DNA from: a virus
Taxonomy: Duplodnaviria; Caudoviricetes
Length of the DNA: 62,057 nucleotides
Direction: 5' to 3' (one strand)
Virus record (IMG/VR): IMGVR_UViG_3300011113_000163
Location: 1-62,057 of that record
Program-made: the position numbers and the translations under genes
The notes under the pieces: generated by a model
Database searches by the model: none
What the model was told of the DNA's origin: nothing
Seen by the model: only the letters and a program-made list of their open reading frames with translations
In this document: positions 39,709-49,686 of the stretch, piece after piece
How positions within the stretch are numbered: position 1 is the first letter of the stretch
Layout: each line of letters opens with the position of its first letter

Positions 39709-39831
39709 ACTATCGTGTATATATATAATTGTCTTGATACTATATCTCAATATATAGTCACTCTAAATTATTTTTATATCTTTATTAAGATTCCAATAAT
39801 CTTATTTCCAAATTAAATACGAGGAAAAGCA

Positions 39832-40731
39832 ATGAACAAATTGTTAAAAGAGGCTATTGCTGATGCTAAAGCTGTACGCGAAACTGCACTAGCAAATGCC
39901 AAAATTGCATTAGAAGAAGCTTTCACTCCAAGACTCCAAAGCATGTTATCTGCTCGCTTATCTGAAGCTGATGATGAGATGTACGACGAAGAAGAAGAAA
40001 TTGAAGCACCGGCTCCAGAAGTAACTGAAGAAGGTGAAGAAAATGACACTGACGGTACACCTGATCCAGGCCCAGCTATTGAAGAAGAAGATGAAATGGG
40101 AGAGGAAGAATTGGATTTAGAAGCGATCATTCGTGAACTTGAAGGTGACGAAGAAGTAACCGAAGAGGACCTAGATTCTTCAGACATCGGAACTGGTGAT
40201 AACAAAGTAGATGCATATTCATCTACAACAGAAGATCCAGGAGAAGGTGAAATTTCAATCGACGAAATCATTAATGCTTTACGCGAAGCAGAAGGTGAAG
40301 ACGAAGAAATGAAAGAAGAAGAAGAAAAGGAAATGAAAGAAGAAGAAGAAAAAGAAACTAACGAAGAAGCTGAAAAAGAATTAGAAGAAGCTATTCGTGT
40401 TATCAAATTCTTGAAAAACAAAATTAACGAAGTAAATCTTCTTAATGCAAAACTATTATTTTCTAACAAGTTGTTTAGAAACTATGAATTAAATGAATCA
40501 CAAAAAATGAAAGTTATTGAAAACTTTGATCGTGCAAATAATTTGCGTGAAGTTAAGTTAGTATTTAGCACATTGTGTGAATCTTTAACTGTTTCTAAAA
40601 CAGCAAAAAAACAAAACATTAAAGAAGGCTATGCTTCTAAACCAACACGTAGTACTGCTCCAAAGAAAGAAATTCTTTCTGAAGGTAATACTTTAGCTGA
40701 ACGTTGGAAGAAATTGGCTAATTTAAAGTAA
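39832..40731 (+). CDS. prohead scaffold/core protein (gp22-like role)
   Basis: highly acidic middle, coiled-coil ends, directly upstream of major capsid. Confidence 0.8.
   Translation: MNKLLKEAIADAKAVRETALANAKIALEEAFTPRLQSMLSARLSEADDEMYDEEEEIEAPAPEVTEEGEENDTDGTPDPGPAIEEEDEMGEEELDLEAIIRELEGDEEVTEEDLDSSDIGTGDNKVDAYSSTTEDPGEGEISIDEIINALREAEGEDEEMKEEEEKEMKEEEEKETNEEAEKELEEAIRVIKFLKNKINEVNLLNAKLLFSNKLFRNYELNESQKMKVIENFDRANNLREVKLVFSTLCESLTVSKTAKKQNIKEGYASKPTRSTAPKKEILSEGNTLAERWKKLANLK
40306..40353 (+). repeat. 24-nt tandem duplication in scaffold (EMKEEEEK x2)
   Basis: GAAATGAAAGAAGAAGAAGAAAAR twice. Confidence 0.8.
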
Positions 40732-40753
40732 TTAACAAACAAGAGGAAAAAAA

Positions 40754-42472
40754 ATGAATTTAAATTCTTTGTTACCTCATGATGCTCAAGCAAATCAAAA
40801 TGCAGTATCTATCCAACTTGAAAAGAAGTGGGCACGTACTGGTCTTTTGGAAGGCTTAAGCAATGAGGTTGAGCGCAAGGGCATGGCTGTTCTTTTAGAG
40901 AACCAAGCTAAGCAACTTGTAACTGAAGCTAACTCTACTGGTACTGATTCAAATGCTGAACAGTGGGCTGGTGTAGCTTTACCATTAGTACGTCGTATCT
41001 TTGCTGAAATTGCTGCAAAAGATTTCGTTAGTGTACAACCAATGAACCTACCATCGGGTCTTGTATTCTATTTGGATTTCAAATATGGTACTGCTCAAGG
41101 TATTCAACGCGGTGGTTCTGCATCTGGTAACGACTTTTTAACTGGTCAAGGACGTAACTCTCAAGCTGACTCTGTATTCGGTATCACCGATTCAGATCGT
41201 GGTGGTTCTGCTCCTAGCGAAGGTCTTTACGGTGCTGGACGTTTTGGTTATTCTGTTAACAACGTAACTGCATCATTAGGTCAATTAGGTGCTACTGCAG
41301 CAACTCAAGCACAAACTGGTTCTGTAGCAGTTGGTACTGGTGTATTCACTAGTGGTACTGGTTTAACACAAACACAGTTTGATTGGTTTACTAACTTCAA
41401 TGCAGAATTTTCTGCTTCTGTAGTTGCTAACGGTCTATCTGGATTTGTAGTATTATCTGTTCCGACAGCATCACTTTCAGGCTTTGATTCAAAAGGTATT
41501 CGCGGATTTAACGTTCAGGCTACTAACATCACTGGATTCTATCCTGAATTTACCCGTTTATCACCGACTAAGAGTCATATCCAATTCTTAGTAGACCCTG
41601 CAGTTGACTTTAATGCTCCAGTAGTAGTTTATCATAAGCAACCGCTTGATAACAGCCGTGGTGATTTTGAAGATCCAACAGCTATTGGAAACAATACAAA
41701 CTCAAGCACAAACTTAGCTATTCCAGAAATTAACTTAGAACTTCGTTCTGAAGCAATCGTTGCTAAGACACGTAAGTTAAAAGCTATTTGGTCTCCTGAG
41801 TTTGCTCAAGACTTAAATGCTTACCACTCAATTGATGCTGAAGCAGAATTGACTAGCATGTTGTCTGAGTATATTTCACAAGAAATTGATCTTGAGATTT
41901 TAGATATGTTGATCCAAAACGCTCAAACAACTGAGTATTGGTCAGCTCAAATCGGTTATGTATATGATTCTGCTACTAGCGCATTTGTAAATGCCGCTAC
42001 TGCAGGTCAAGCATATAACCAAGGTACTTGGTTCCAAACTTTAGGAACTAAAATCCAAAAAGTATCTAACAAAATTCATCAGTTAACTATGCGCGGTGGA
42101 GCGAACTTCTTAGTATGTTCTCCAACTGTAGCAACTATCCTTGAGTCTATCCCAGGATATGCTGCTGATACTGACGGTAACAAGATGAACTTTGCAATGG
42201 GTGTACAAAAAGTAGGTGCTATTAACAACCGTTATCAAGTATATAAGAATCCTTATATGACTGAAAACACTATCCTTTTAGGATACCGTGGATCTCAGTT
42301 CCTTGAAACTGGTGCTGTTTATGCTCCATATGTTCCATTGATGATGACTCCACTTGTTTATGACCCAACTAACTTCACTCCACGTAAGGGTGTAATGACT
42401 CGTTACGCTAAGAAGATGGTTCGTCCTGAATTCTATGGTAAGATCTGGGTTGGTGGATTAAATCAACTTTAA
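40754..42472 (+). CDS. major capsid protein, T4 gp23-like
   Basis: LLENQ, VSVQPMNLPSGLVF, AKTRKLKAIWSPEFAQDLNAYHSIDAEAELT, YAPYVPL, GVMTRY. Confidence 0.96.
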   Translation: MNLNSLLPHDAQANQNAVSIQLEKKWARTGLLEGLSNEVERKGMAVLLENQAKQLVTEANSTGTDSNAEQWAGVALPLVRRIFAEIAAKDFVSVQPMNLPSGLVFYLDFKYGTAQGIQRGGSASGNDFLTGQGRNSQADSVFGITDSDRGGSAPSEGLYGAGRFGYSVNNVTASLGQLGATAATQAQTGSVAVGTGVFTSGTGLTQTQFDWFTNFNAEFSASVVANGLSGFVVLSVPTASLSGFDSKGIRGFNVQATNITGFYPEFTRLSPTKSHIQFLVDPAVDFNAPVVVYHKQPLDNSRGDFEDPTAIGNNTNSSTNLAIPEINLELRSEAIVAKTRKLKAIWSPEFAQDLNAYHSIDAEAELTSMLSEYISQEIDLEILDMLIQNAQTTEYWSAQIGYVYDSATSAFVNAATAGQAYNQGTWFQTLGTKIQKVSNKIHQLTMRGGANFLVCSPTVATILESIPGYAADTDGNKMNFAMGVQKVGAINNRYQVYKNPYMTENTILLGYRGSQFLETGAVYAPYVPLMMTPLVYDPTNFTPRKGVMTRYAKKMVRPEFYGKIWVGGLNQL

Positions 42473-42504
42473 TTGTTAATTAATAATTAATAATTGTTTA
42501 GTTT

Positions 42505-42534
42505 GTAAAGAGGCGGCTTCGGTCGCCTTTTTAC
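42505..42534 (+). terminator. intrinsic terminator after major capsid
   Basis: GTAAAGAGGCGGC-TTCG-GTCGCCTTTTTAC, C(UUCG)G tetraloop. Confidence 0.88.
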
Positions 42535-42544
42535 TTTTCAAAGG

Positions 42545-42552
42545 ATATTTAT
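42545..42552 (+). promoter_or_regulatory. putative late promoter ATATTTAT (phoH)
   Basis: directly after the capsid terminator. Confidence 0.65.
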
Positions 42553-42568
42553 ACGAAAGGTATAAGTT

Positions 42569-43249
42569 ATGGAACAAGCTACTAAGTTATCAAATTTCGA
42601 TAAACGCAAACCGAAGAATCCAATCAAGTTTGCTATTGAATTAAATGAAGAACAAAAACAGGCTAAGGCGTTAATATATGACAATCCAGTTGTATTGTTA
42701 AAAGGCCAGGCTGGTTCGGGTAAAACATTGGCAGCTTGTCAGTGTGCAATAGACATGTTCTTTAAACGCGAAATAGAAAAAATTGTAATTACGAGGCCTA
42801 CAGTATCTAAAGAAGAGATTGGATTCTTGCCAGGAGATCTTAAAGAAAAAATGGATCCATGGTTAGCTCCTATTTATTCTAATTTATATCTTTTATACAA
42901 TCGTGAGAAGATCGATAAAATGGTCGCAAATGGAGAAATTGAAATTGTACCATTTGCGTTTATGCGTGGTAGAACATTTCCTAATACATTTGTTATTGTA
43001 GATGAATGTCAAAATATTACACATGGACAGACTGAAATGATGTTAGGTAGATTGGGCCGAGGTGGTAAAATGGTTTTCTGTGGAGATATTAGTCAAACGG
43101 ACTTAAAAAATAAAAAAGATTCTGGTATTAGCTTCTTTGCACGATTGGAAGAAAATGTAAAAGGTGTTAAAATACATGTTCTTAAGACCAATCATCGCCA
43201 CGAAATTGTTGAGCCAATTCTTAAAATTTACAGTGAATATAGAGACTAA
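42569..43249 (+). CDS. phoH: PhoH-family ATPase
   Basis: GQAGSGKT, ITRP, IGFLPGDLKEKMDPW, FMRGRTF, DECQN, GDISQTD, HRH. Confidence 0.95.
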   Translation: MEQATKLSNFDKRKPKNPIKFAIELNEEQKQAKALIYDNPVVLLKGQAGSGKTLAACQCAIDMFFKREIEKIVITRPTVSKEEIGFLPGDLKEKMDPWLAPIYSNLYLLYNREKIDKMVANGEIEIVPFAFMRGRTFPNTFVIVDECQNITHGQTEMMLGRLGRGGKMVFCGDISQTDLKNKKDSGISFFARLEENVKGVKIHVLKTNHRHEIVEPILKIYSEYRD

Positions 43250-43348
43250 GTGTACGGTATTAAATTAGATATCATGTAACACTTGTAGATAGCAATAAAC
43301 GAAGTAATTGCTATATAAAAATATTAGAATCTTAACATAGTTACATAC

Positions 43349-43356
43349 ATATTTAT
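43349..43356 (+). promoter_or_regulatory. putative late promoter ATATTTAT
   Basis: recurrent intergenic motif. Confidence 0.65.
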
Positions 43357-43373
43357 TTATAAAAAAGTAAACT

Positions 43374-43760
43374 ATGGCAGCAGGTAAATACTCATTCATT
43401 ATTGAACAAGGTTCAACAGTGGATTTTCAAGTACAATATAAAGATTCTACAGGTACGCCGGTAGACTTGACCGGATATTCTGGAAAAATGCAGATACGAT
43501 CTGCGTTTGCAGATGCAAATCCAACTACATATATTACATTGTCAAGTTCACTGGCTAGTGACGGTACCGGATTAAATTTTAGTGGTAGTAACGGAATTAC
43601 TCCATTAACATCAGGTTCGATAGGAGTTTACATATCAGCCGTGTCTAGTTCCGCATTTACATTTACATCTGCTAAGTATGATTTAGAAATAGTGTCTGGC
43701 AGTAGAGTTACACGTATATTAGAAGGCAATGTTAATTTAAGTTTAGAGGTGACACGATAA
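43374..43760 (+). CDS. fibre adaptor protein (BppU N-terminal-like Ig fold)
   Basis: IEQGST..PVDLTGY..MQIR..YDLEI..RILEG pattern, coupled to the fibre gene. Confidence 0.6.
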   Translation: MAAGKYSFIIEQGSTVDFQVQYKDSTGTPVDLTGYSGKMQIRSAFADANPTTYITLSSSLASDGTGLNFSGSNGITPLTSGSIGVYISAVSSSAFTFTSAKYDLEIVSGSRVTRILEGNVNLSLEVTR

Positions 43761-46700
43761 TGTCAGTTAATATTAACACGACTAACAATATTGTTAGTGT
43801 ACAAACAGACAATAATAGTGTTATTGTAACAAATAACAATACAGGAACTACAGTTAACGTGTCCCGGCCGATTGCTTCTGTCGTAACCGTTAGTTCTCCC
43901 GGACCGCAAGGCGCAGTAGGGCCGCAAGGTATCCAAGGAGAGACAGGGCCACCAACTCCGTTTACCAATATTGGTAGTGGAGTCTATTCGACAACATCTA
44001 GTATTCAAATATCAGGATCGTTTTTAGTATCGGGTTCGAGTACGTTTACTAATATAGGACCTGCCATATTTTCTGGCAGTGTTACAATATCCGATTCATT
44101 AACGGTTAACGGCTTTAACGTAATAACATCAAATCAAACCAGTTCATTAACATCGTTAAGTGCTAGTTATGCAAATACATCTAGTTATGCATATTATGCA
44201 GAAACGGGATTAACTTCAAGTTATGCTACAACTGCAGGAACTGCTAATGCCGTAACACAACTTAATCAAAACGTAGTTATTACAGGTAATTTAAATGTAT
44301 TTGGGACAGCGTCATATAATTACGTAACTGCATCACAATTGGATGTTGGTACGAGTTATATATCCGTTAACATTGCCGAGCCAGGTGAAAGATTTGGTGG
44401 ATTAAAAGTATATGACTCCGGGTCATTGTCTCACCAAGCAACTGCTAGTTTATCATGGGACTCGCAAAACAATCATTGGATCTACCAAAATGCTTCAGGT
44501 AGTACATATTCAGGCGGCATGCTTATCTCCGGACCGAGAAATACAGGTGCAATAGGTAATGAACAAGGTACTACTAACAATGCCTTGATGAAAGGACAGG
44601 GCGGAGACCATATTACTTCATCAGGTATATTTGAAGATGCAAGTGGTAATGTCACAATTGGAGCGTCGGGGACAGGCTTTTATTGGGACAACACGAATAG
44701 TAGGTTGGGGATTGGTACAGGTTCGCCTGCAACAACTTTGCAAATAGCAGGAACAACTACAACGCAAAATATACTTGTTCAAACAGGCGCAACTTATGAC
44801 ATAGGAGTTAATGCAACGCGTTTCAGAGATGGTTGGTTTAGTAGAAATGTTCAATGTGGTTCAGTTTGGACAGCTAACATAGCAATTGCTGGAACTAATT
44901 TAACATTTTACAACAACTTGGTTGCTGTTCTTGGTACTTTATTTAGCACAGGAAATTTACTTCTTTCAACAGGAACACAAACCGACGCAGGTTATAGATT
45001 AGCTATAAACTCATCAGGCTCATTATCCGGCTCCTTATATATTACTGGGTCTAGTAACCAAACTTTACTAAGAATAGACTCACCAGCATCATCAAGCATA
45101 CTATTTGTAAGTGGAAGTGGTAATGTTGGTATTGGAACAAGTACACCTTCTTTTAGATTAGATGTTGTAGGAAATGACGCAAGAATAAACACATTAACTG
45201 TTGGTCTTGGTGGTGGGCAACAATCAACTAACACCGCTATTGGAGTAAATGCGTTAAGTGTAAACACAACAGGTGTTGGAAATGTTGCTATTGGTATAAA
45301 TTCTTTGCTTGCAAATACCACTGGAAATTCAAATATCAGTATTGGTCAAGCAACATTATCGACAAATATAGGTGGGGTTCAAAATACCGCTGTTGGAAGT
45401 AGCACTTTGCAAAATATAAGTGCTGGAAGTGGAAATACTTCTTTTGGCTTTTACAACTTAAATGGTTTAACTTCTGGAAACCAAAATATAACAATGGGTG
45501 CTTTTTCAGGTAGATTTTTATCTGACGGAACAACTGTTTTGACAACAATGAATAACTCAGTGTTATTAGGTTATCAAACTTATCCACTTGGGAACGCACA
45601 AACTAATCAAATAGTAATAGGACACAATGCAACTGGATTAGGAAGTAATAGTGCTGTATTAGGTAATGATAGTATTACTCGCACTGCACTTAAAGGTAAT
45701 ATCAGTATAGGGACAACTGGTTCTATATCATCTAGACTACATGTACAAGGTTCAGGCACAACATCAGCTACAACAGCATTACGAGTAGAAAACACTAATG
45801 CTAGTGCAAGTTTAGTAGTACTAGATAATGGATATGTTGGTATAGGAACAAGCTCAGCACAATACCAGTTAGACGTATATGGCACTTACCACCAATACCA
45901 AGCTCAAGGAGGAATAGCTAGATATGATATAAGTTCGGCTAATGCTAACCAAAACAGAGGTGTATGGGATTTTTATACAAATGCAGCTGTTGCCCCTGAC
46001 TTTTTTGGTAGATTTGGATTTAAATTTGAAGGTGGTACTGCAGATTCTTTCAAACAATTTCAAGTACATGTAGCTGATTCTACAACTCCTAAGTTTGTTG
46101 TAGATGGGTCTGGAAGAACGGGGATAGGAACCATAGCACCATCTGCAAAACTTCATGTTAGTGGTTCAACCTCAGAAGCTTTGCTAATAGCAAGCTCATC
46201 AGCTGGACCTGCTTTATATGTAAGTGGAAGTGGTAATGTTGGTATAGGAACAAGTACGCCTGCATATACATTAGATGTAAATGGAACTGCAAGATTTGTA
46301 AGTGACATAAGAAGTACAACAGGAGTTTATATTGGAACAACCGCAACTTTTGCAGGAGTATTCCCTACAGGAACAGCAGGAAGGGAAACGATGAATATAA
46401 GAGGGGGTTTATTTCCAACAGATGTAGGTAGTGATGTCATTATAAGTAATGCTCAAGGCGATGTAGCAAATACTACTTCAAATAGAACTTTATTAAGTCT
46501 TTCAAGAGGATTTAACCCAACAAGTGGAGGTGGAATATATAATGTAATACAAATAAATCCAACTATTAACCAAACTGGAGGAGCAAGTGGAGCAAGTCGC
46601 GGTTTATATATCAACCCAACACTCACCTCAGCATTTGATTTTAGAGCAATAGACAGCACTAATGGTCGTGTAGTAATCGCAGATACAGCTACAGTAACAG

Positions 46701-47584
46701 GCTCTAATGCTACTTCATTACTTGATTTATCTCAAACTTGGAATACTAGTGGTCAACCAATAGCAATTAAGTTAAATATCACCGATACAACAAGTGCTGC
46801 TCTTTCTGATTTAATGAGTTTACAAGTCGGAGGTTCACCACGATTTAGAATATTAAAATCAGGTTATTTTGTTCATAATACAGGCGGTGAGATAAACGGT
46901 ACTTTAATAGTAGGGTCTAACGCGACAGCAACTGCTAGATTACAAGTCAGAGGATCAGGTGCAACAAACGCTACAACAACATTCTTACTCCAAAACAGTT
47001 CTCCAACAAACTTACTATCTGTTTTAGACAATGGTCAAGTATCATTTACTTCACCTACAATGTCACTTGCAGCATCACAATCTGCATTTAGCATAGCTCC
47101 TATTATATCTGCTTCTAACGTTGTTGGAGGACAATACTATGGCGTAAACATCGCACCTACATTCTTCCAAACAACAGGATCACAAACAGAAACAGCATTC
47201 CGAGTAGCAGCAACATATAATCAGACGTCCGCAGTTGCTACGGGCGGGACTAACATAATAGCTGACTTTGGATCAACAAGTGCTGGTAGTCAATTAACAG
47301 TAACAGATGTAACATCAGGAAGCATTTACATGGTAAATGATGTATCTGGTATTCCAATTATAGAGGCTACAAGTAACTGGGATGTTAACATATACGACTT
47401 CCCGAACAAGATATTTGAAAAAACAGGTTCACAAGTAAACATCTATGGAACATTGAGAGTGAGTGGTAGCTTTATATTGCCACTATCTCAATCAGCGACC
47501 CCACAATTAGGAAGTGCTTACTGGAGCGGATCATTGTTATTTATTTATAATGGGACTCGTTACATGAGTGCAAGTTTTGCTTAA
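43760..47584 (+). CDS. long fibre protein
   Basis: short collagen GPQGAVGPQGIQGETGP; GNVGIGT repeats; NTAIG/NVAIG beta-roll repeats. Confidence 0.75.
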   Translation: MSVNINTTNNIVSVQTDNNSVIVTNNNTGTTVNVSRPIASVVTVSSPGPQGAVGPQGIQGETGPPTPFTNIGSGVYSTTSSIQISGSFLVSGSSTFTNIGPAIFSGSVTISDSLTVNGFNVITSNQTSSLTSLSASYANTSSYAYYAETGLTSSYATTAGTANAVTQLNQNVVITGNLNVFGTASYNYVTASQLDVGTSYISVNIAEPGERFGGLKVYDSGSLSHQATASLSWDSQNNHWIYQNASGSTYSGGMLISGPRNTGAIGNEQGTTNNALMKGQGGDHITSSGIFEDASGNVTIGASGTGFYWDNTNSRLGIGTGSPATTLQIAGTTTTQNILVQTGATYDIGVNATRFRDGWFSRNVQCGSVWTANIAIAGTNLTFYNNLVAVLGTLFSTGNLLLSTGTQTDAGYRLAINSSGSLSGSLYITGSSNQTLLRIDSPASSSILFVSGSGNVGIGTSTPSFRLDVVGNDARINTLTVGLGGGQQSTNTAIGVNALSVNTTGVGNVAIGINSLLANTTGNSNISIGQATLSTNIGGVQNTAVGSSTLQNISAGSGNTSFGFYNLNGLTSGNQNITMGAFSGRFLSDGTTVLTTMNNSVLLGYQTYPLGNAQTNQIVIGHNATGLGSNSAVLGNDSITRTALKGNISIGTTGSISSRLHVQGSGTTSATTALRVENTNASASLVVLDNGYVGIGTSSAQYQLDVYGTYHQYQAQGGIARYDISSANANQNRGVWDFYTNAAVAPDFFGRFGFKFEGGTADSFKQFQVHVADSTTPKFVVDGSGRTGIGTIAPSAKLHVSGSTSEALLIASSSAGPALYVSGSGNVGIGTSTPAYTLDVNGTARFVSDIRSTTGVYIGTTATFAGVFPTGTAGRETMNIRGGLFPTDVGSDVIISNAQGDVANTTSNRTLLSLSRGFNPTSGGGIYNVIQINPTINQTGGASGASRGLYINPTLTSAFDFRAIDSTNGRVVIADTATVTGSNATSLLDLSQTWNTSGQPIAIKLNITDTTSAALSDLMSLQVGGSPRFRILKSGYFVHNTGGEINGTLIVGSNATATARLQVRGSGATNATTTFLLQNSSPTNLLSVLDNGQVSFTSPTMSLAASQSAFSIAPIISASNVVGGQYYGVNIAPTFFQTTGSQTETAFRVAATYNQTSAVATGGTNIIADFGSTSAGSQLTVTDVTSGSIYMVNDVSGIPIIEATSNWDVNIYDFPNKIFEKTGSQVNIYGTLRVSGSFILPLSQSATPQLGSAYWSGSLLFIYNGTRYMSASFA

Positions 47585-47586
47585 TT

Positions 47587-48321
47587 ATGGCTATATACAA
47601 AAATACACCTCCAATAGTTACTAATGGATTAATCTTTTATTTGGACGCTTCAAATGCTAGATCGTACGTTAGTGGTAGTACTGTTGCTTACTCATTAATA
47701 CCAAGTGCATCTTTCTCACGTGCTATAAGTTGTTCTTTATTTGGAGGAGTAGGATATAATACATCTAATTTAGGTAGCTTTGTATTTGATGGAACAAACG
47801 ACCAACTACTATTAGAAAATACGCCAGTACAATCTACAGGCATTCAACTTGGTACAAGCAACGCACCATGGATGGTTAATGTGTGGTTAAAAACAAGTGC
47901 AGCTGGAGATGGATTACTTGGTACCTTTCCTGTATTAACAAACAGATCTGGAGGCCCAGTGTATGGTGCTATGGGTATAGGCCCAGCAGGCGTATTAAAA
48001 TATTCTCACTATAGTGGAAGTTGGCTAACTGAATCAGGTAGTAGGTCTATCAATAACAACCAATGGCATATGGCTACTTGGGTAAATAAAGATAATAACA
48101 CATTAGACATGTATGTAGATGGGACTTTTGATCGCACAGTCTCCTCTTCTATTGTAGGCGGCGGAAACATAAACCCAGTAGATGTAATAGCAGGTAGTTG
48201 GGCAGGTACTTATTTAAATGCCTCAATAGCATCAGTTGCAATTTACAAAAGAAGTAGTTTATTTACAGCACAAGAAATCCTTCAAAACTACAACGCAACA
48301 AAAGGGAGATTTGGCTTATGA
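47587..48321 (+). CDS. LamG/concanavalin A-like lectin protein, paralog 1
   Basis: IVTNGLIFYLDASNARSYVSGS ... QEILQNYNATKGRFGL. Confidence 0.75.
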   Translation: MAIYKNTPPIVTNGLIFYLDASNARSYVSGSTVAYSLIPSASFSRAISCSLFGGVGYNTSNLGSFVFDGTNDQLLLENTPVQSTGIQLGTSNAPWMVNVWLKTSAAGDGLLGTFPVLTNRSGGPVYGAMGIGPAGVLKYSHYSGSWLTESGSRSINNNQWHMATWVNKDNNTLDMYVDGTFDRTVSSSIVGGGNINPVDVIAGSWAGTYLNASIASVAIYKRSSLFTAQEILQNYNATKGRFGL

Positions 48322-48965
48322 TATACGGAACGCCTACAATAGTAACAAATGGATTAGTATTAAATTTAGATGCTGCTAATACTAAATCATATGTAAGTGG
48401 AAGTACTAACTGGTTTAGTTTAGGTAATCCATCTTTAAGTGGTAGTTTAATAAATGGACCTGCATTTAATAATACAAACGGAGGTTATATAGTTTTTGAC
48501 GGAGTAAATGATTATGTACCTATAGCATCTCTCCCTGCCTTAGGAACCAATCATTCATTAAGTTTTTGGATGAGAATAATATCAATTACAGCAGCTGAGA
48601 CACAAATCTTTATGCCTGCCGGCGATGTTGCTTCTATATCAATAACCAATTCTAGGATTGGTAGTTGGAATGGTACGACTTATAGACAAAGTTCAACAAC
48701 AATGCCAACCGGAGTTTGGTTTAATTTTGTAATGACGTGTAACGGTAGTACAACAATATTCTATCTTAACGGTAATGTAGATTTAATATCAGCCACTACC
48801 GGAAACTTCCAAGCAGGTACTGGGTATTTATGTAGTGTAGGACCAGCTATTGCAAGATACTTAAACGCTAATATTGGCAATGTCGCATTTTACGATAGAG
48901 CACTCTCCCAACAAGAAATAACACAAAACTACAACGCACTCAAATCACGATACGGATTATCATAA
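48318..48965 (+). CDS. LamG/concanavalin A-like lectin protein, paralog 2
   Basis: IVTNGLVLNLDAANTKSYVSGS ... QEITQNYNALKSRYGL. Confidence 0.75.
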   Translation: MIYGTPTIVTNGLVLNLDAANTKSYVSGSTNWFSLGNPSLSGSLINGPAFNNTNGGYIVFDGVNDYVPIASLPALGTNHSLSFWMRIISITAAETQIFMPAGDVASISITNSRIGSWNGTTYRQSSTTMPTGVWFNFVMTCNGSTTIFYLNGNVDLISATTGNFQAGTGYLCSVGPAIARYLNANIGNVAFYDRALSQQEITQNYNALKSRYGLS

Positions 48966-48966
48966 T

Positions 48967-49662
48967 ATGGCAGTAAACACAAGAAATAGTATTGTTACAA
49001 ATGGATTGGTATTAGCATTAGATGCTGGTAACACTAAAAGTTATGTTAGTGGATCTGCTACTATAACTAATTTAATTAACCCTAATATTAATGGAACTTG
49101 GATAAATGGTATTCCAGACCTACAACAAGGAAAATTAATTATAGCATCTTCTGCAAATTACCTCAACTCTATACCCGGGATATCACAATCTGCATTCCCT
49201 CAAGCTAGTGGTTCCGTATCAATATGGGTTAATGCATTATATGGACTTAGTAGTGTTGGTGGTAAAGGTTATTTTGATAGCTATGACCTCAGCAGAAATC
49301 ATATCTTTATACGTAGTATAAGTGGCACTAATCAGATAGCTCTACAAATATCAGGAGCATCATTATATAATGACGTTTATAATTTACCCTCCCACCAACC
49401 TAATACATGGTATAATTATGTAGTTACTTACATAACTGGTACTAATAGGAATTTTAAAGTATATTCTAATGGAGTATTATTAGCAGATAGTACACCTGTA
49501 TCTGCTAGCTGGGCGCCTGATGGCCAGTATGTAGGGTATGGATTTACTAATAACACTATGAGTGGTTCATATGGACCTCTTTTAATATATAATAAAGTCC
49601 TCTCTCAACAAGAAGTACTTCAAAACTACAACGCTACAAAAACTAGATTTGGATTGACCTAA
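48967..49662 (+). CDS. LamG/concanavalin A-like lectin protein, paralog 3
   Basis: IVTNGLVLALDAGNTKSYVSGS ... QEVLQNYNATKTRFGL. Confidence 0.75.
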   Translation: MAVNTRNSIVTNGLVLALDAGNTKSYVSGSATITNLINPNINGTWINGIPDLQQGKLIIASSANYLNSIPGISQSAFPQASGSVSIWVNALYGLSSVGGKGYFDSYDLSRNHIFIRSISGTNQIALQISGASLYNDVYNLPSHQPNTWYNYVVTYITGTNRNFKVYSNGVLLADSTPVSASWAPDGQYVGYGFTNNTMSGSYGPLLIYNKVLSQQEVLQNYNATKTRFGLT

Positions 49663-49663
49663 C

Positions 49664-49671
49664 ATATTTAT
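49664..49671 (+). promoter_or_regulatory. putative late promoter ATATTTAT
   Basis: recurrent intergenic motif. Confidence 0.65.
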
Positions 49672-49686
49672 ATGAAAAGGTAAAGT

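Noticed and set aside
31237-42472. Inteins or introns in terminase, portal or capsid
   Set aside because: Motifs are contiguous and lengths ordinary; the extra S/T/G-rich capsid segment lacks intein ends and looks like a surface insertion
42468-42500. TAATTAATAATTAATAATT run after the capsid stop
   Set aside because: Short low-complexity AT sequence with no further support
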